This document shows, in pieces, positions 12,876 to 26,194 of a DNA stretch of 64,000 bases. Origin of the DNA: Cyanophora paradoxa CCMP329 (Eukaryota > Plantae > Glaucophyta); contig QPMI01000695.1 in assembly GCA_004431415.1 (NCBI GenBank), positions 1 through 64,000 of the forward strand, written 5' to 3'. The position numbers were made by a program, and so were the translations under genes. Position 1 is the first letter of the stretch. Every line of letters begins with the position of its first letter. A model generated the notes under the pieces. The model had not been told where the DNA came from. It worked only from the letters and a program-made list of their open reading frames with translations, and did not search any database.

Positions 12876-15132
12876 TCAGGGCCAGAGGTAGAAAGTGTCG
12901 TCGAGGGAGACCACCTCGCCCCGCACCTGCCGCCCCGCCCCTTGCGATCGGCCCCGAGAGGCGGGGGCGGGGGCGGGGGCGGCGCGCGCCCGCGTGTGGT
13001 TGTGCCGCAGGAAGGTCGCCACCTCAGCGACCAGGCGCCCGATCTGCAGCGCGGGGCGGGGCGCTCGGCGGGGCGGGGCGGGGCGGCGGGGCGGCGGACG
13101 TTGCTGGAGAAGGTGACGACGGAGGCGCCGCACGTCGCCAGCGCCACCACGTCCACCATCGCAGCCTGCCCGCCCCGCCCCGCCTCGCCCGCGGCCCGCG
13201 GGGCGGGGGCGCGGGGGCCACCTTCCACTCGCGCGTGCGCGTGCCGCCCCTCCGCCGCTCCCGCAGGTGGCCCGCGTGGTCGAAGACCTGGCCCCGCCGG
13301 CCCGGCCTGAGCCGCGGCTCGCCCCGGCCGGCGGGGCCCCGCCCACCGCGCGGTCCTTCCCGGGGCGTGGAGGAAGGCGTAGCGCGGCTCGTACGCCCCG
13401 CCTCCTCCCGCAGCACCGCCGCCTCGTCTGCCCCCGCCCCTCGCCGCCCGGCCGCCGGCGGGGCGGAGAGGGGCCGGGGCGCACCAGTGGCGACGAAGAG
13501 GAGGGTCGTGTCGAGGGCGCGGAGGAATGGCCCTGCCCGCTCCACGTACTGGCCGGGCCGCCCCGCCGGTCGGCCCCGCCCGCGGGGGCGCAGCGGGCGC
13601 GGCACCCGGGCCAGCGGCAGCGGCCTCGCCTCCGACTTCTTGTCCTGCCGCCTGCCCGCCCGCTCGGCGGCCGCGGGCGCAGGGGCGCCGGGGCGGGGCG
13701 GGCGGACCGGACGTGGATGGAGACGCAGGGGGCGCCGGGGGCGAGGCCGGCGGCGCGGAGGCCCTCCTCGAGCCACGCCGCGCTCCGCGCGTTGAAGCGC
13801 AGCAGGAACGCGACGACCTGCCGCGCCGGCACGTGAGGGGGCGCCCGCGCGGGGGCCCGCCCGGCCCGGGGCCGGGGGCGCGCCTGGGCGTGGGCCCACT
13901 CGGGGCCCCACTTCTCGAAGCCCGGGGGCCGCGCCTCGCCGGGGGACGCCACGGAGCGCGCGAGCGCCGCGTCGCTCCACGCCGCGAAGTCGTAGTAGAG
14001 GACCGTCTTGTTCGCCTGCGCCCCGCCGCCGGCTCGACTCCGAGGCGGGGGGGCGAGGGGGCCGGCGCGCAGCACGCCTCCTGGTTGCGGAGAGAGATGG
14101 GCGCCGCCCCGCTCTGCAGGTCCCCCAGGTCCGAGAGGCTGCCCCGCGCCGGCGCGTGAGGCGGGCTGGGGGAGGTGCGCCGCGGCCGTCACCGCGTGGC
14201 CGCGCCGGCGCACGAGCAGGTGGAGAGCGGGAGCATGTGGCAGTCGAGGCTGCGGCACTCCTCCGCGCAGAGATCGTGGTCCGCGTATCTGCCGCCGGGC
14301 CGCCCGCCCTCAATCGGGCGGGGCGGGGGCAGACTCTGAGAGGGGCAGCGGGGGCGCGCGCACAGCCAGTCTTGGTGCGGGGCCACCAGGAGCACGCGCC
14401 GCGTCTTGAGGGCGAGTCCCAGGGCGTAGGCCATGTGGTGGAGCTCCGAGCCGAACCCTGCGCCCGCCCCAGGGCCCCGCCCGGGGTCACGGCCGCGGGG
14501 CGTGCGGGATCCGGCGCGCGCGCCTGCGGCGCCGAAGCGAAAGAGGAGGAACTGCGACACGCGGGGGCTGCAATCCTCGCGGGATCGGTACTGGTTCCGG
14601 TAGATGACGCGCTGGGGGCGTCGGCGCGGCCGCGGGTCGACGTCAGACGGCAAGACGCGGCCGCTGGGCGGCTCGCGATCGGGTCGACGCCGCAGCAGGT
14701 CGAGCGCACCCGAAACTCACGCATCGCTTCAAGCTGCTCGTCGCTCGCGCGTCCCGAGCCGAGGGCGAGCGAGTAGAGGAAGTCGTATCGCGGGATCGGC
14801 AGGAACTTCGAATGCGTCTCGTTGGATGAAACCGAGCTCGACTTCGAATTCGGGAGCGCAAGCTGCGCGCGGGAGGAACTCTGCAGAAGCTTCCGCGGCG
14901 TCCTATCTCCGTGATCGATGTCTGGAGTGGGCGTCGGCCCTGGCAGGCGCGAAAGCTCCGAATCCAGCGCCCGCATGACCAGCGAAGCTGCGCGCGAACC
15001 GTCGGTGCCGAACACCCTCGACGCAGCGAGCGCAATCGCACCCAAACGAAAGGAGCTTAGGGCCAGAATGATGAGCGGCGCGGCCAGCAGCAGCTTCAAC
15101 CAGCGGCCGTAGCACCGTGGCCGGAGGCGCAT
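12876..15132 (-). CDS. Alpha-1,6-fucosyltransferase-like (GT23/FUT8 family), multi-exon
   Basis: N-terminal hydrophobic anchor. Exon peptides GFGSELHHMAYALGLAL, SIHVR..DKKSEA, LFVAT.DE and DVVALATC..VVTFSSN.IGRLVAE match FUT8-family motifs. Ends FYLWP-TGA. Exon boundaries not fully resolved. Confidence 0.82.
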
Positions 15133-15849
15133 CGCCGAATCCCTCGTATAGGTGCCGCAGGGCGCGCCCCGCGGCTGGCGCTAGATCACCCGCGCGCGCA
15201 GCAGACTCTTCCGGCCGGTCCCGGCCCCCACGCCCGGCGCCTGCGGGGGCGCCGGGGGCGCTGCCAGTAATTACAGCGGCACTAGCTGTGCAATTGCAAC
15301 ACGCTGTTGCTGTGACGAACGCGCGCTCAGCGACGCAGCGCTGACGCTGGTGATTGGGGGTAGTTGTAGTCCTAATTCAGGGGGTAAGCGAACACAAGGG
15401 AGCTGCCTCTGTGGTCCTAGACTGCGGATCCGGAGCTGTGCACCAAGCAACACGGAAGTTTGCACCAGGAAACACGGCAGCTTTCGCTGAGCCGCGACCG
15501 AGTCCCGAAGTCCCGAGGTTCGAAACGACCTCGCTCAGTCCGGCGGCCTGCAATGGAATCCAGGTGCGTGAAAGTGTCCCCGCCCGCGCATGCGAGTGCC
15601 TCAGAGGCGCAGCCGCAGGCGGGCGGCGAGCTACATCGAAGAGACCGCACGCCTGGCACGCTTGGCCCTCGGCCCGACGGGCGCGCCCTTCGAAGTCCCC
15701 CGACACGCCTTCGCCGCGGCTGCGCGTGCGCGGGAGGCCGCTGGAGTCGCGGCCTGGGACGCGCCGGTGCGCTTGCCCGCCTCGGCCCGCGCCGCGCTCG
15801 GGGCCCGACCGGGCGCGCGGCGCCGGCGCTCGCGCAGGCGCCCGGCGGC

Positions 15850-16830
15850 GGGCTCCACGACGGTCCCTGGGTCCGGGCCTATCCCTTGCCGGGGCCCCTC
15901 TATGGCGCCGGGCTCCAGCCTCCGGCGCCGCCGGCCGGAGCAGGCCCCTCTCCCGTCCGCCTCGGGGCCGGGGCTGTGCCCGCGGGGGCAGAGGGGCCCG
16001 AGTACGCGGGCCCGGCCGCCCCGCTCCCCGCCGTGCACGTGCGCCCCCTCCGCCCCCGGGGCCGCGCCTGAAAGCCGTTCGACGTTTCACAGCCCTGAAC
16101 GTGTTAACTCTGAATTCGTTAGTTCTTGATACGCACTGTTTCGTAACTCTGGACCTGTTAGCTCTAAATTCGTTAGTTCCTGATATGCACCCCATAAAGC
16201 CTCGAAGTCGGCGAAGGGTCTCAGTTTCATCGAACGAGCCCGCCCTCGCCCCGCGCCGCGCTCGGCCCTCGGCGGACCGCGCGGCTGCGCGCCTCCCGCC
16301 CGCCCTCGGCGCGCTCACGCCCCGCCTCCCGCCAGCAGGGGCCGGCCCGGGCGCCCCCCACGCGGGAGGCCATCGCGGACCTCTTCCACCTCCCCGTCCC
16401 CGTGCCCGCCCCGCCCCGCCCGGCCCCGCCCCGCCCCGCCTGGCGCGGGCCGAGGCTCGGGCAGGAGGCGGTGCGGGCGCTGGGCCTGGGGACGACGACC
16501 TTCAAGCGGCTCTGCCGCGAGGCCGGCATCGGCCGCTGGCCCCACCGCAAGCTCGACGCCCTCGCCCGCTGGGGCGCCCGCGCCGACGTGCCCGCCCGCC
16601 CCCCGCCCCCCCGCCGCGCGCCGAGGCGGGGCGGCAGGCGGCGCTGGCGCTGGGGCCGGGGAGGCGCCGCGGGGGCTCGACCGCGCGGCCCTCGCGGCGG
16701 CGCGGCGCGCGCTGCTCGCCGCCGCCGCCCGCGTCCGCGCCGACCCATCCGCCTCCGGTGCGCCCCCGCCGCCCCCGCCCCGCGCCCGCCCGCGCCCGCC
16801 CGGCGGCCCCGCCCGACCCGCCGCAGTGAC
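15850..16830 (+). CDS. RWP-RK domain transcription factor, probably disrupted by a 161-bp insertion
   Basis: Exons TREAIADLFHLP (about 16360-16395) and EAVRALGLGTTTFKRLCREAGIGRWPHRKL (16465-16555). Gene ends uncertain. Confidence 0.8.
16069..16229. mobile_element. 161-bp AT-richer insertion with TGAAA...TTTCA ends (solo-LTR-like)
   Basis: Abrupt composition change, 5-bp terminal inverted repeat with TG..CA ends and an internal diverged direct repeat of about 34 bp. No TSD seen. Confidence 0.55.
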
Positions 16831-17439
16831 CGAGCCGGTGTTGCTCGTGCGGAAGATCCTCGGGCCCCACGGGCTGTAGCTGCCGCCGGGGCCCGCCCCG
16901 CCCCGCCCCGGGGCCGGGGCCCCCTCCGCCCCCGCCGACGCCGACGGTGTCGCGGCATTCGCGTTCTGAATATTAATGAAGATATGAATATTGCAATTTG
17001 TATCCAATGATTGAGTCGACATGTGCACTTGGACAAGCTTGAGTCTACAAAGACGGAACTAAACGAACGAGGGAAGAAGAATCAAGGGACGGGCACACAC
17101 GTATTACGGACAGGAAGCAAAACAGCAAAACTACACGAGCGACCGCGGGGGAGGAACGATCAAGAGACGGGCACACTGTGACTCACATGTTGATCATAGG
17201 CCGTAACGGACAGGACAACTGCGCTGCAGCTGCCGCATTGCGACCGGGACGAGCTGACGTGCAGTGGAGACGGGCCCCCGCAGACGGGTGCAGCGCGCCT
17301 GCGCAGAGGCCTCGCAGAGGGCCCGCGGCCCGACGGTGCGTGCGCTGCGGGCCGCCGCGCGCCACGCTGCGCCCCCGAGGCGCACTGCGCCGGCCTGCCC
17401 GCCGGCGCCCCGAGCGTCGCAGACGCCCGCGCGGGCGAC

Positions 17440-18544
17440 GGCAGCGGCGCTCGTGATCGAGGGCGAGCTCTGTTGGAGGCGGCGCCGCTGCGTCACCCGA
17501 GGCGGGTCGGTCGAACTGCGCCCCCGCCGGCGTGCGGGGGGCCGCCGGGGGCGCCCCGCAGGCCGCCGAGCTCGCCCCGGAAGGGGTCCTCGTCGGCCGG
17601 CCAGACGGGGCCGGCCCTCCCGGCGGCCGCCTGCGCGGGGCCGGCCTCCAGCAGCGGCGCGAAGTGGGCGCGGGGCGGGGCGGCTCTGGGGGCGGCCGGC
17701 CGCGCGGGGCCGGGGCCGCGCCCGCCGCCGCCAGCGCCGTCGCGCCCATCTGCGCCGCCGTCGGCGCGGGGCGGGCCGGGACGGGACAAGGCCGGGCCCG
17801 GGGGCGGGCCTGGAGGAGGAGGAGGCGGTCAAGAGCGGCGGGCCCGAGGGCCCGAGGGCGGCGGGAGGGCGGCGGCGGGGCGGCGGGGCGGGGTGCGGCG
17901 CACTGCCAGGAGCCGCACTGCCAGGTGCGGCCCGCCGCGCCCGCTCAGGGCGGCGCTCGGGCGCGCACGACGGCCGCCCCCGAGAAGTCGTTCGCGCTGA
18001 GCCAGCGCTGGAAGGGCGCGGTGGCGACGTCCCGGCCGCGCACCCTCAGCATGCAGGACGAGATGGGCGCGCCCGCCTCGTCTGCGGGGCGCGTCGGGGC
18101 GGAGGGCGGGGGCGCGGGCGCCGGGGAGCCGGCGGGCCGTGCAGGGCCGCCTCGAGGGCGCTGGGCCGCGGCGACGGCGTCGAGCGCGGCACGCGCGGCG
18201 AGTCGATGTCCACGCGGAAGGGCACGATCTTGGACTGCGCGGGGCGCGCTCGGCGGGGGCGACGCGGCCCGGGCCGGCACGCCGACCTGGTTGCCCCCGA
18301 TGAAGAAGGGCTCTGCCGCAGGGCAGGACTCGTCAGCTCATTCTAGGCGCGTGGCAGCAGTAGAATGCCGACCTCCGGTCTGCCCGTGGATGTGCTCCGT
18401 GAGGAGCGTGGCCCGCAGGCGGGTGCCGCAGCTCCGGATGCGCTCCCGCACGACCGCGTACATGTGCGCGTGCGATAGCGCGGAAGCGTGCGTCAAGCGC
18501 TGATCGCTGATCTCGGGCGTCGTGGAGCATGGACGTCGGACCAT
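17440..18544 (-). CDS. Hypothetical multi-exon gene
   Basis: Protein-like exon peptides (ISDQRLTHASALSHAHMYAVVRERIR, KIVPFRVDIDS, SSCMLRVRGRDVATAPFQRWLSANDF) separated by short GC-rich intron-like segments. No family recognised. Confidence 0.4.
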
Positions 18545-21107
18545 AGCTATATAGCTAGATCAACTTGCTGGCAAGCTGGCTAGGTCGGCGGCCCTAATAC
18601 AGCCAGCTGCGGCGGGTTAGGACCGAGACCAAGACTGTGACGAGCCGTTTGATCCGTGTAGCCATCTAGCTGGTGTCAGTGTACCGAAGACGACGCCGGC
18701 GCCGACGTCAGTGTACCGAAGACGGTGTCTAGCTTTGACGTCTCGGTGATCATGATGACGCCGTGGCCCACGCTACCTTCGCCCCGCCCCGCGGCCGCTC
18801 GCCGCCCGATTCGACGCTGCACGCGCGCGCGCCGCCAGCCAGCCGTTTCCTGACCTCGGCGCTGCAGCTGCGCGCCGCCGGCTCGGCCGCGGATCGGCCG
18901 CCGGCCGCTGTCGCTGCGTTACGTATACGACGGCGCCGGCGGCGCGGCGCGGAGATCGACTTAAGCTGTCGGAGATCGACTTAAGACTTTCTCTCGGGCG
19001 CCTCGCCGGCCCTGGACGCGTCGTTCGCCGCCCGCGCCCTCCGCTCCGCCTCGCCGAGTCAGTCGCGCGCCAGCTGCAGGCCCCGCCGCGGCGCGGCCTC
19101 TCACGCGCGCCCCTCGCCTCGCTGGAAAGGGCGCCGCGCACCGCGGCGCGGCAGCGCTTTACGAGGCGAAGAACTCCCGGGGCCCGCGAGAACGTCCGGA
19201 GGAGCCCGGCCGAGAGGACATCTCGAGCTTCGCCACCGACCACCGCGCCTCTCTCTTTGGCGCGCGCCCGCACCCCCGCCCCGCCCCGCCCCGCCCGCCT
19301 CGTGGCTGACCCCGGGCCCATGCGTGCGTGCGTCGTGCGCAGGCGTCCGGCTTGAGACCCTCCGCCATCGACCACTGCGCGCGCCGGAGACCCTCCGCCC
19401 ACGCACCGCCCCGCCCGCCTCGTGGCTGACCCCCGCCCCGCCCCCGCCCCGTGGCTGACCTCGCCCGCAGCTGGAGCCGGCGGCCGGCCCCGCAGGCTCC
19501 CCCGCCCGCGGAGCTCATCGAGCCTCGAGCACACCGCCCTCGAGCGCGGCGCGGCGGTGGGGCGCCCCCGCCTCGCCGGCTCCGTTTCCCTCTGAACTCC
19601 CTCCCGCCCCGCCCCGGCTTCGTTCGCGCCCGACGCCGGCGTGCCTCGCGCCGCACGTGCCCCCGCCAGCCGCCCGCGCCCCCTGGGCCCGAGCTCGCGG
19701 GCTTCCCGGCCTTTCTTCGTGAGAGGTTGCCCCTCCAAGCCGCCGAGCCTCGGAGCTCCCGATCCCACTCCCCCGCCCCCTCCCTCCCTCCCTCTCCCGA
19801 CGACATCGCCCCTCCTCTGCGCACTAGCTTCAGCCTCCGGCCTGATGCGCTCCAACCCCCGCAGCTCAGCAGCCCCGCGACCCTCACACCGCCGAGCGGG
19901 CGGCGGCCCGGGCGGGCTCGCGCTCGGCCGGCGGGCCCTCCTGCAGCCCCCGCGGGCCGGCGCCCCCGCCCCCGGCTCGCCCCCCCGCCCCCGACGGCCG
20001 CATGCGCGGGGAGGCGGCACGGCCCGGGGCGTTCCGGCCAGCCCCGCCCCCCGATGCCGCCGGCGCCCCCCTCGCTGGCCCCCTCGACCCGGCGCCGGCC
20101 TCTGACCCGGGCCCGAGACCGAGCCCGAGGCCGGAGGCCCCGTCCGCCGAGGCAGCGCCCCGCGGGGGGCGCCGCGCGCGGCCCTCTCCTCCCCCCTCAG
20201 CCTCCGCCCACCTTCCGCCCTCCCGGACTTGGTGCGCCCCAGGGATCCCCCGAGCACAGTGTCCCGCGCGGGAGGGCGCGGGCAGCGCCCACCAGCGCGC
20301 CCCCAGAGGTCCGCCCGCCCTCTCCGCCTCTCCCTTCGGCCCTTCTCCGCCCCCCCCCCCCCCCCCCCCCCCCCTCCCCGAGTCTGCTGCGCTCCTGTAC
20401 CCCCGTTCCGCGTCAAGCCGCTGCATGAGACGCCGACGCCTCGATGGGCGCGGCGGTGCACGGCGCGACGCCCGCCCGGCCGGCGGCCCCGTCGCCGATC
20501 TCTCCCCCGCCTCCTCCTTCCCCCCCTCCTTCCTTCCCCCCGTCCTCGTTCCACTCCCTGACCTCCTCCCCTCCCTCTCCCCTCTCACCGGGCAGCGGCA
20601 GGGGGCCGCCCCGAGGACGACCCCTCGCGCCCCATCGCCTCCTCCGGTGCGTCCCGCCCCTCTCTCGCCCGCCCGCCTAGCCCTCGCGTGGCCCGACCCC
20701 ACCCGCCTCGGCCTCTGCCGCCGCGCCGCAGGCCTCACCGCGGCGGCCGCGGTGCCCGCCCGCGGAGGAGGCCGGCGGCGGCGGTAGGTAGGATTAACTG
20801 CGGGAGCGCAGCCAGCGGCAGGGTCAAGCCACCGAAGCGGAGCGGCGGCGGGGGCGCACCAGCCTCCCGCCTCACCGCCGAGTCGCCGGCGCGCTCCTCG
20901 GCGGGCGCCGCCGCCGCCGCCGCCGCCACTTCGGCCGGCGGCTCGGGCGCGGCCCGGTCGGAGGGGTGCCCGGGGGTACGGGGCCGTCGGAGGGCGGGGC
21001 GGGGGCCCCGCCCGAGCCGCCGGAGCCGCACCGCGTGGGCCAGCAGCTCGCCCCCTTGAGGCGAGGCTCCTTTCCCTTTCGCTTCGCCCCTTCGTTCTCT
21101 GTCTTCT

Positions 21108-23620
21108 TTGACCTGTTCGGCAGCATCGAGGTGCACGCCAACACGCGCGGCGAGATGCGGTGCGCTGCCGGCCATGGCCACCCCTACCTCCCCTTTCTCC
21201 CTTCGCCGATCGTGTACCCCCGTCAGGCCCGACCCCCGGGCGGACGCGGTGGCGGCGATCGTGTACGCCGTCCTGAAGGAGGAGCTGCAGGACCGGGCGG
21301 GACACGGGCCGGGGCAGGACCGGCCCCGCCTCGGCATCCTCCTCGTCGAGCCCTGCGCCCCGCCCCCGGAGCCCCCGCCCCCGCCAACTCAGCCGTCGGC
21401 CCCGCTGGACGCCTCTGCTCCCGCCCCCGCCGCCCCTTTGGACCCCCATGCCCCCGCCCCCGCCGCGCCCGCCCGCCCCGCCTCCCCCGACGGGCCTGGG
21501 GCCCGCGCCGCCTGGAGCGAGCCTTCTCCGACGCCCGCTCCTTCCCCGACGAGCCCGCCCTCTTCCGGGGTACCCGATTTCTCTTCCCTTCCACCGTACC
21601 CCGTCCTTAAAGCAGCGCACCAGGGTTCGCGGAGTTGGTGCGGGGGATGAACCCGGACGTGCTTTTGGGGTACAGGGCGCAGGGCGGCTGGCTGGGGTAC
21701 CTCCTAGAGCGCGCCCCGGCCCTCGGTGGCGCCTCCTTCGCCTTCGAAGGGCCTCTCGACCGGCCTCCACGTCTCCGGCCGGTCCGCCCCTCTCTGCCCT
21801 CCTCCCTTCCCCTTCTCCCTGGTCTGATCGCCCACAGGCACGTGCTGAACGTGCGGCGGCTGATGCGGGGGGGGGGGGGGGGGGGGGGGGAGAACGTCGC
21901 CTGGCACCCCCTCAAGGTACCCCCCCCCCCCCCCCCCCCGCGCCGCCTGAGGGCTCCCCTCAGACGCGGCTGCCGCACCACCCCTTTTCGGTGCTGACGC
22001 GGTGGCGGCGGGGCGCGCCGGGGGCGCCCCCGGGCCCCGCGGCGGGGCGCCCCGCCCCGCTGGCGCGCACCTTCAGCATCGACTTCTTGGCCGCCCTCGC
22101 CTGCGGCTCCCAGGTCCCACGCGGTCCCCAAGGCGAACTGGGGAGCTAGGGAGCGTTATTGGGAGCGGGCCCCGGGTCCTCTCTCTCTCCGCGTTATTGT
22201 CACTTCAGCTCATTCAGAGCAAACTATTTGCTTTAATTACGACAAATTGGAAAATACCCTTCGTCGTCGTCGCCTTATTGTCTCGTTGTCTTCTCGTCTT
22301 AGTCTCTCTTACTCTCCCTCCTCAGGTGATGGAGCCATGGCGCCTCGACTTCCAGGCGCCCCTGCACCCGCGCCATGGCCCGCCCGCCCCCTCCCTCTGG
22401 ACCTCTAACCCGTGCCTGAGCCCCGCCCCCGCAGGTGGAGCGGGCGATGAAGGATGCGGGGGGCGGTGCGGGGCGATGGGAGCGGGCCCTGCCCCGAGGT
22501 TGAGGTTGGGGGCGCGGGCAGTTCGGCCCGAAGATGCCTCTCGGGGCGCATGCATATGCATGTGCCCTGCGCCGAGATCGCCGACGACATCGTCGAGGCC
22601 CGCCGCCCCGCCCGTCTGCTGCACCTCGGATCTCACCTGCAGGCGGAACGAACGGACCCGCCGCTAGATTGGTTGGATCGCCGTATTCAACGTCCAGTCG
22701 ATGTCGGGGCCGCGCAGGCGGGGCAGGAGACGCTGACGTGGGCGACCGTGTTGGTGGAGTCGGGCCGCTGGGACGCCCGCGTCGTCTACGGCGACACCGA
22801 CAGGCGCGCCCGCCCGCCCGCCACGGCTCTGGGTCTCCGCTCGGCACCCGCGCCGGCCCTTCCGACCGTCGGGGCCGCCGCAGCATGTTCGTGGTGGTGC
22901 CGGGGGCGAGCCGGGAGGAGGCCCTCCGCTGGGGGGCCGAGATCGCCGCCGCCGTCACTTGGCAAGCTCTGGGGCCCGAGGACCCGGGGGACGCCGCCCG
23001 GGATCCCAGAGTCTAAATCTGAGTCATGGATCCGACCCGACCCCCCCGCTGCGGATCATGGAGAAGGCGATCCGGCCGCTCGTCTCCGACCCCGACCTCT
23101 CCCGCGTCGAAGGCAGGCCGCCCCCAAAATCCACGCCCTCCGTTTCTGCGCCTGACGGGGCGGGGCAGCGGTACCTAGCCTGTGCAAGCAGTGGACGAAG
23201 ATCCTCACCGGCCGCGTCACCTCCAGGCCCGCCCCGCCCCGCCCCTCCCTCGAGCTGATCGCCGCGCAGGGTCTGATCTTCGCCGGCGAGGTCCGCCTCG
23301 GCACCTGCAGGTGCGCGGGCCCTCTGCTCCTCCACTTGCTTCCTCCGACCTCGCCTCCCTCCCGCGCGCAGCGGGTGGGGCCCGCTGCCGCCGCCGGCCG
23401 CCGTCACCGCCCGCCCCGTCAAAGGGGACCCCCCGCGCCGAGCCCCGGTGCACCGCCCCGCCCCCACTTCCGCCTTGGCGACCACGCGCGGCCTCAAGCT
23501 CCGCCCTTCGGCTCTTCGGCAGTGGTGTGTGCATCGCACCCGGCCCGTGGAAGCCCCGCCCCCCCGCCCCGCCCCGAGCACGTCGTCCCGTACACGTACC
23601 CTCCTGGCCGCCGGGGCCAG
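21108..23620 (+). pseudogene. REV3: Decayed DNA polymerase zeta catalytic subunit (family B)
   Basis: Colinear REV3-like peptides: IEVHANTRG..PDPRADAVAAIVY, PDVLLGY..GYLLERA, VLNVRRLMR, FSIDFL..GSQ, VMEP, PCAEIADDIV, ARVVYGDTD/SMFV, QWTKILTGRV and IFAGEVRLGT. Motif A is degenerate (DFQAPLHP) and other blocks are missing. Upstream limit unclear. Confidence 0.82.
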
Positions 23621-26194
23621 GGCGACGCGAGGCCCTGATCATGAGCGGACGCCGCAAAGCCTCCGCTCGTGGCGGGCGGCTCTCCGTCGAGCGTGCTCGC
23701 GGGCTTTTAGGCCGCCGCGGGGGCGGGCCGCCCGCTCTGGCCAGCGTGCGAAAGCCCCCTCTTGCCAGCGTGCGGGAGCGTCAATCGGGGTACGCGCAGT
23801 TCTACTGCTCGCACCCGGCCCCCTCCCCCCGCCCTGTCCCCCCTCGCCCCTCTAATCGCGTACCCCAGGACGCAGAAGAGCGCGTGGAACGGCTTCGGGT
23901 CTGCGGCGCGCCCCTCTCTCATCTCATCTGAGCCCTCTCCGGGCGAGGGTACGCGTGCAGGAGCTGCCGCCCTGGGAGCGCGTGGCGGAGTACGGCGATA
24001 AACGCGGTACGGGTTAGGTCGCATGGCGGGGAGCGCGTGGGAGGTCGGGGGGCGGGGCGGGCCCGTGCCTGCCGCCCCCTGCCCCGCCCCGCCCGGCGGC
24101 CCCGCGCCTTTCTTACCTGCGCCTGCGACCCCTGCCCCCCGCCTCAGCCTGCGGAGGGTTGCGTGGTGGAGGGGGTGCAGGTACCCCCCGGGGCCGCCTT
24201 CCGAGGCGGGGTGGGGGGGAGGGTGGAGAGATCGAGGGGACCGGTTCTTCGACCGTTCGGTTCCTCACAGGCAGCGCCCGGCGAGAGCTTAATATCCCAG
24301 CCCCGAACTCGAACCGCGTTTGGCTGAACCGTACCCCTATGAACACAGGTCCGGGGTACGCCCCTACGGGTACCCCGATCCAGGAGGTCCAGCTCGTCAA
24401 GCTCTTCTCGTGAAGATCCGGGCGGGTCGAATCCGTCTGGGGCGCTCTAAACTCCGAACTCAGGCCTCCATCGCCGAGGGGCCCCTGGCCCGCCTCTCCG
24501 GGTGCTCGCGGTACGCCCCGCCTCTCGTGCTCCCGGCCCCAGTGCCTCTCGCCGCAGCCGCCTGCGCATCGAGGAGAGCCGGAGGGGGGGCACGGTCGCC
24601 TTCGAATACGCCGGTGCTCGTGCCGATCACAGCTTTCCTCTCAGGTTTCAGATGCGTGCTGACCCCAGACCAGACCCGCTCCTTGACGGCTCCGACGGGT
24701 CCGACCTCGGCCCCCGCGACCCGCGCGGGCGCACGGTGCACCTTTACCCTTCCAGCGCCGGCTCTGCCCAGGCCCTGGACGCCCGGCCCCCTAGCCTGCT
24801 GCGCATGCGGGTGCGGGGCAGATGGGGCTGGGGGGCGCTGTCGTCGCGTTCCTGGAGCGCGCACGCGGGCCCCGCGCTTTCCGAGCGCTCGCTCGAGGTG
24901 GGGGCGGACCTCTCTGACCTGCGAAGCGCCGCTCGGCTCTGACCCTCGCCCCCGCAGCGCGCCGGCGCCGGCGACCTCGGCGTGCGGGCCGCCGGAGCCG
25001 ATCCCCCCGAAATCGAAGAGGAGGCATTTCCCCCCCTTCAGTGAGGCGCCTTCGCCCCCTCTCCGCCGTCCGCGCCGTCGCGCCCGCCCCCGCCGGCCCC
25101 CGCCCCGCCCCGCCCCGCCCCGCCCCGTTGCTGCTGGCGACGAGGGCGACGCCGGCCCTCGCGCGTGCCGCCCCGCGGCTGACGGCGAGCTCGAGGGCGG
25201 GGCGGGCGGGGCTCCGGGCGCTCAGGTGGGGCTCATCCCCGTCCGCGGCCCCGTCCGCCCTAACCCCCGCTGCGGGGCGCGCGCGGAGGTGCCGGCGCGG
25301 CACCGGGGCAGCAGTGCTCCCCGACCCCCTCCGGCCACCCTGAGCGTGCGGGAGGTGCCGGCGAGGTGCCACCCCGGGAGCCGATCCCCGAGTTCGACGA
25401 CGCGCCGTCGTCCCGCCGCCGTCCGCGCCGTCGTCCCCGCCCCTGCCGCGCCGCTGGAGGCGACGAGGGCGACGCATGCACGGCGGGCGCCGGCGCGCCG
25501 CTCCCCGCCTCGCCAACGCCGGACCGTGGCCTGCAGCTGTCCGGCCCCCCGAACAGCAGGCGGGGTCCGCGTGCGCGAGGGTCGCAGCGACCTTCACCGC
25601 CGTCTCAGCTCTGCGGCCGACAGATCTGGAGCGCCGTCAGCGGGCGGACGCCCCCCGCTTCCCCTTCTCGCGGCCCGCCGGCTCGCATCCGCCCCACCGC
25701 ACGCTCCGCCCAGGAGACCGCCGTGGAGCGCCGGAGCGCCGCGCCATGCCGCCGAGCCGCAGCGGCCGCCCGAGATCTAGACCCCGCGGCGCGACGCGGC
25801 CTAGCCCAGTTCGGGGACGGTCCGATTCGTCCTCCCCGACGGCTCCAAGGGCTCCCGACGCGCGCCTCGTGCGGCAGGCCGCCGACGCAGCAGGACGGGG
25901 CAGGACGCGGCAGGACAGGCCGCCGGGTGCTGCCACTCGGGATCCTACGCCGGCAGGGACCCCGTCCGGGCCCTCGGGGGCGTCCTCCCGCCCTCCACGC
26001 TCTTCCAGCTCCGGCGCCGGGCGCGCCGGGGACATCGGACTCCTCCCGGTGCGCCTGCCCCGGCGCCGCTCCGCGCCCGCCCCCTCGCCCCATCCCGCCG
26101 GCCGCGCGCAGGACCCCTCGACGACGGCCCCGCCGCCTGCGCGCCGTCGCCCAGCGCCTCGGCCGCCGGCGCCCCCAGCATCGGTATCGCCGGC

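Noticed and set aside
23990-26190. GTACCCC motif cluster and possible gene fragments
   Set aside because: No termini or protein family could be supported.
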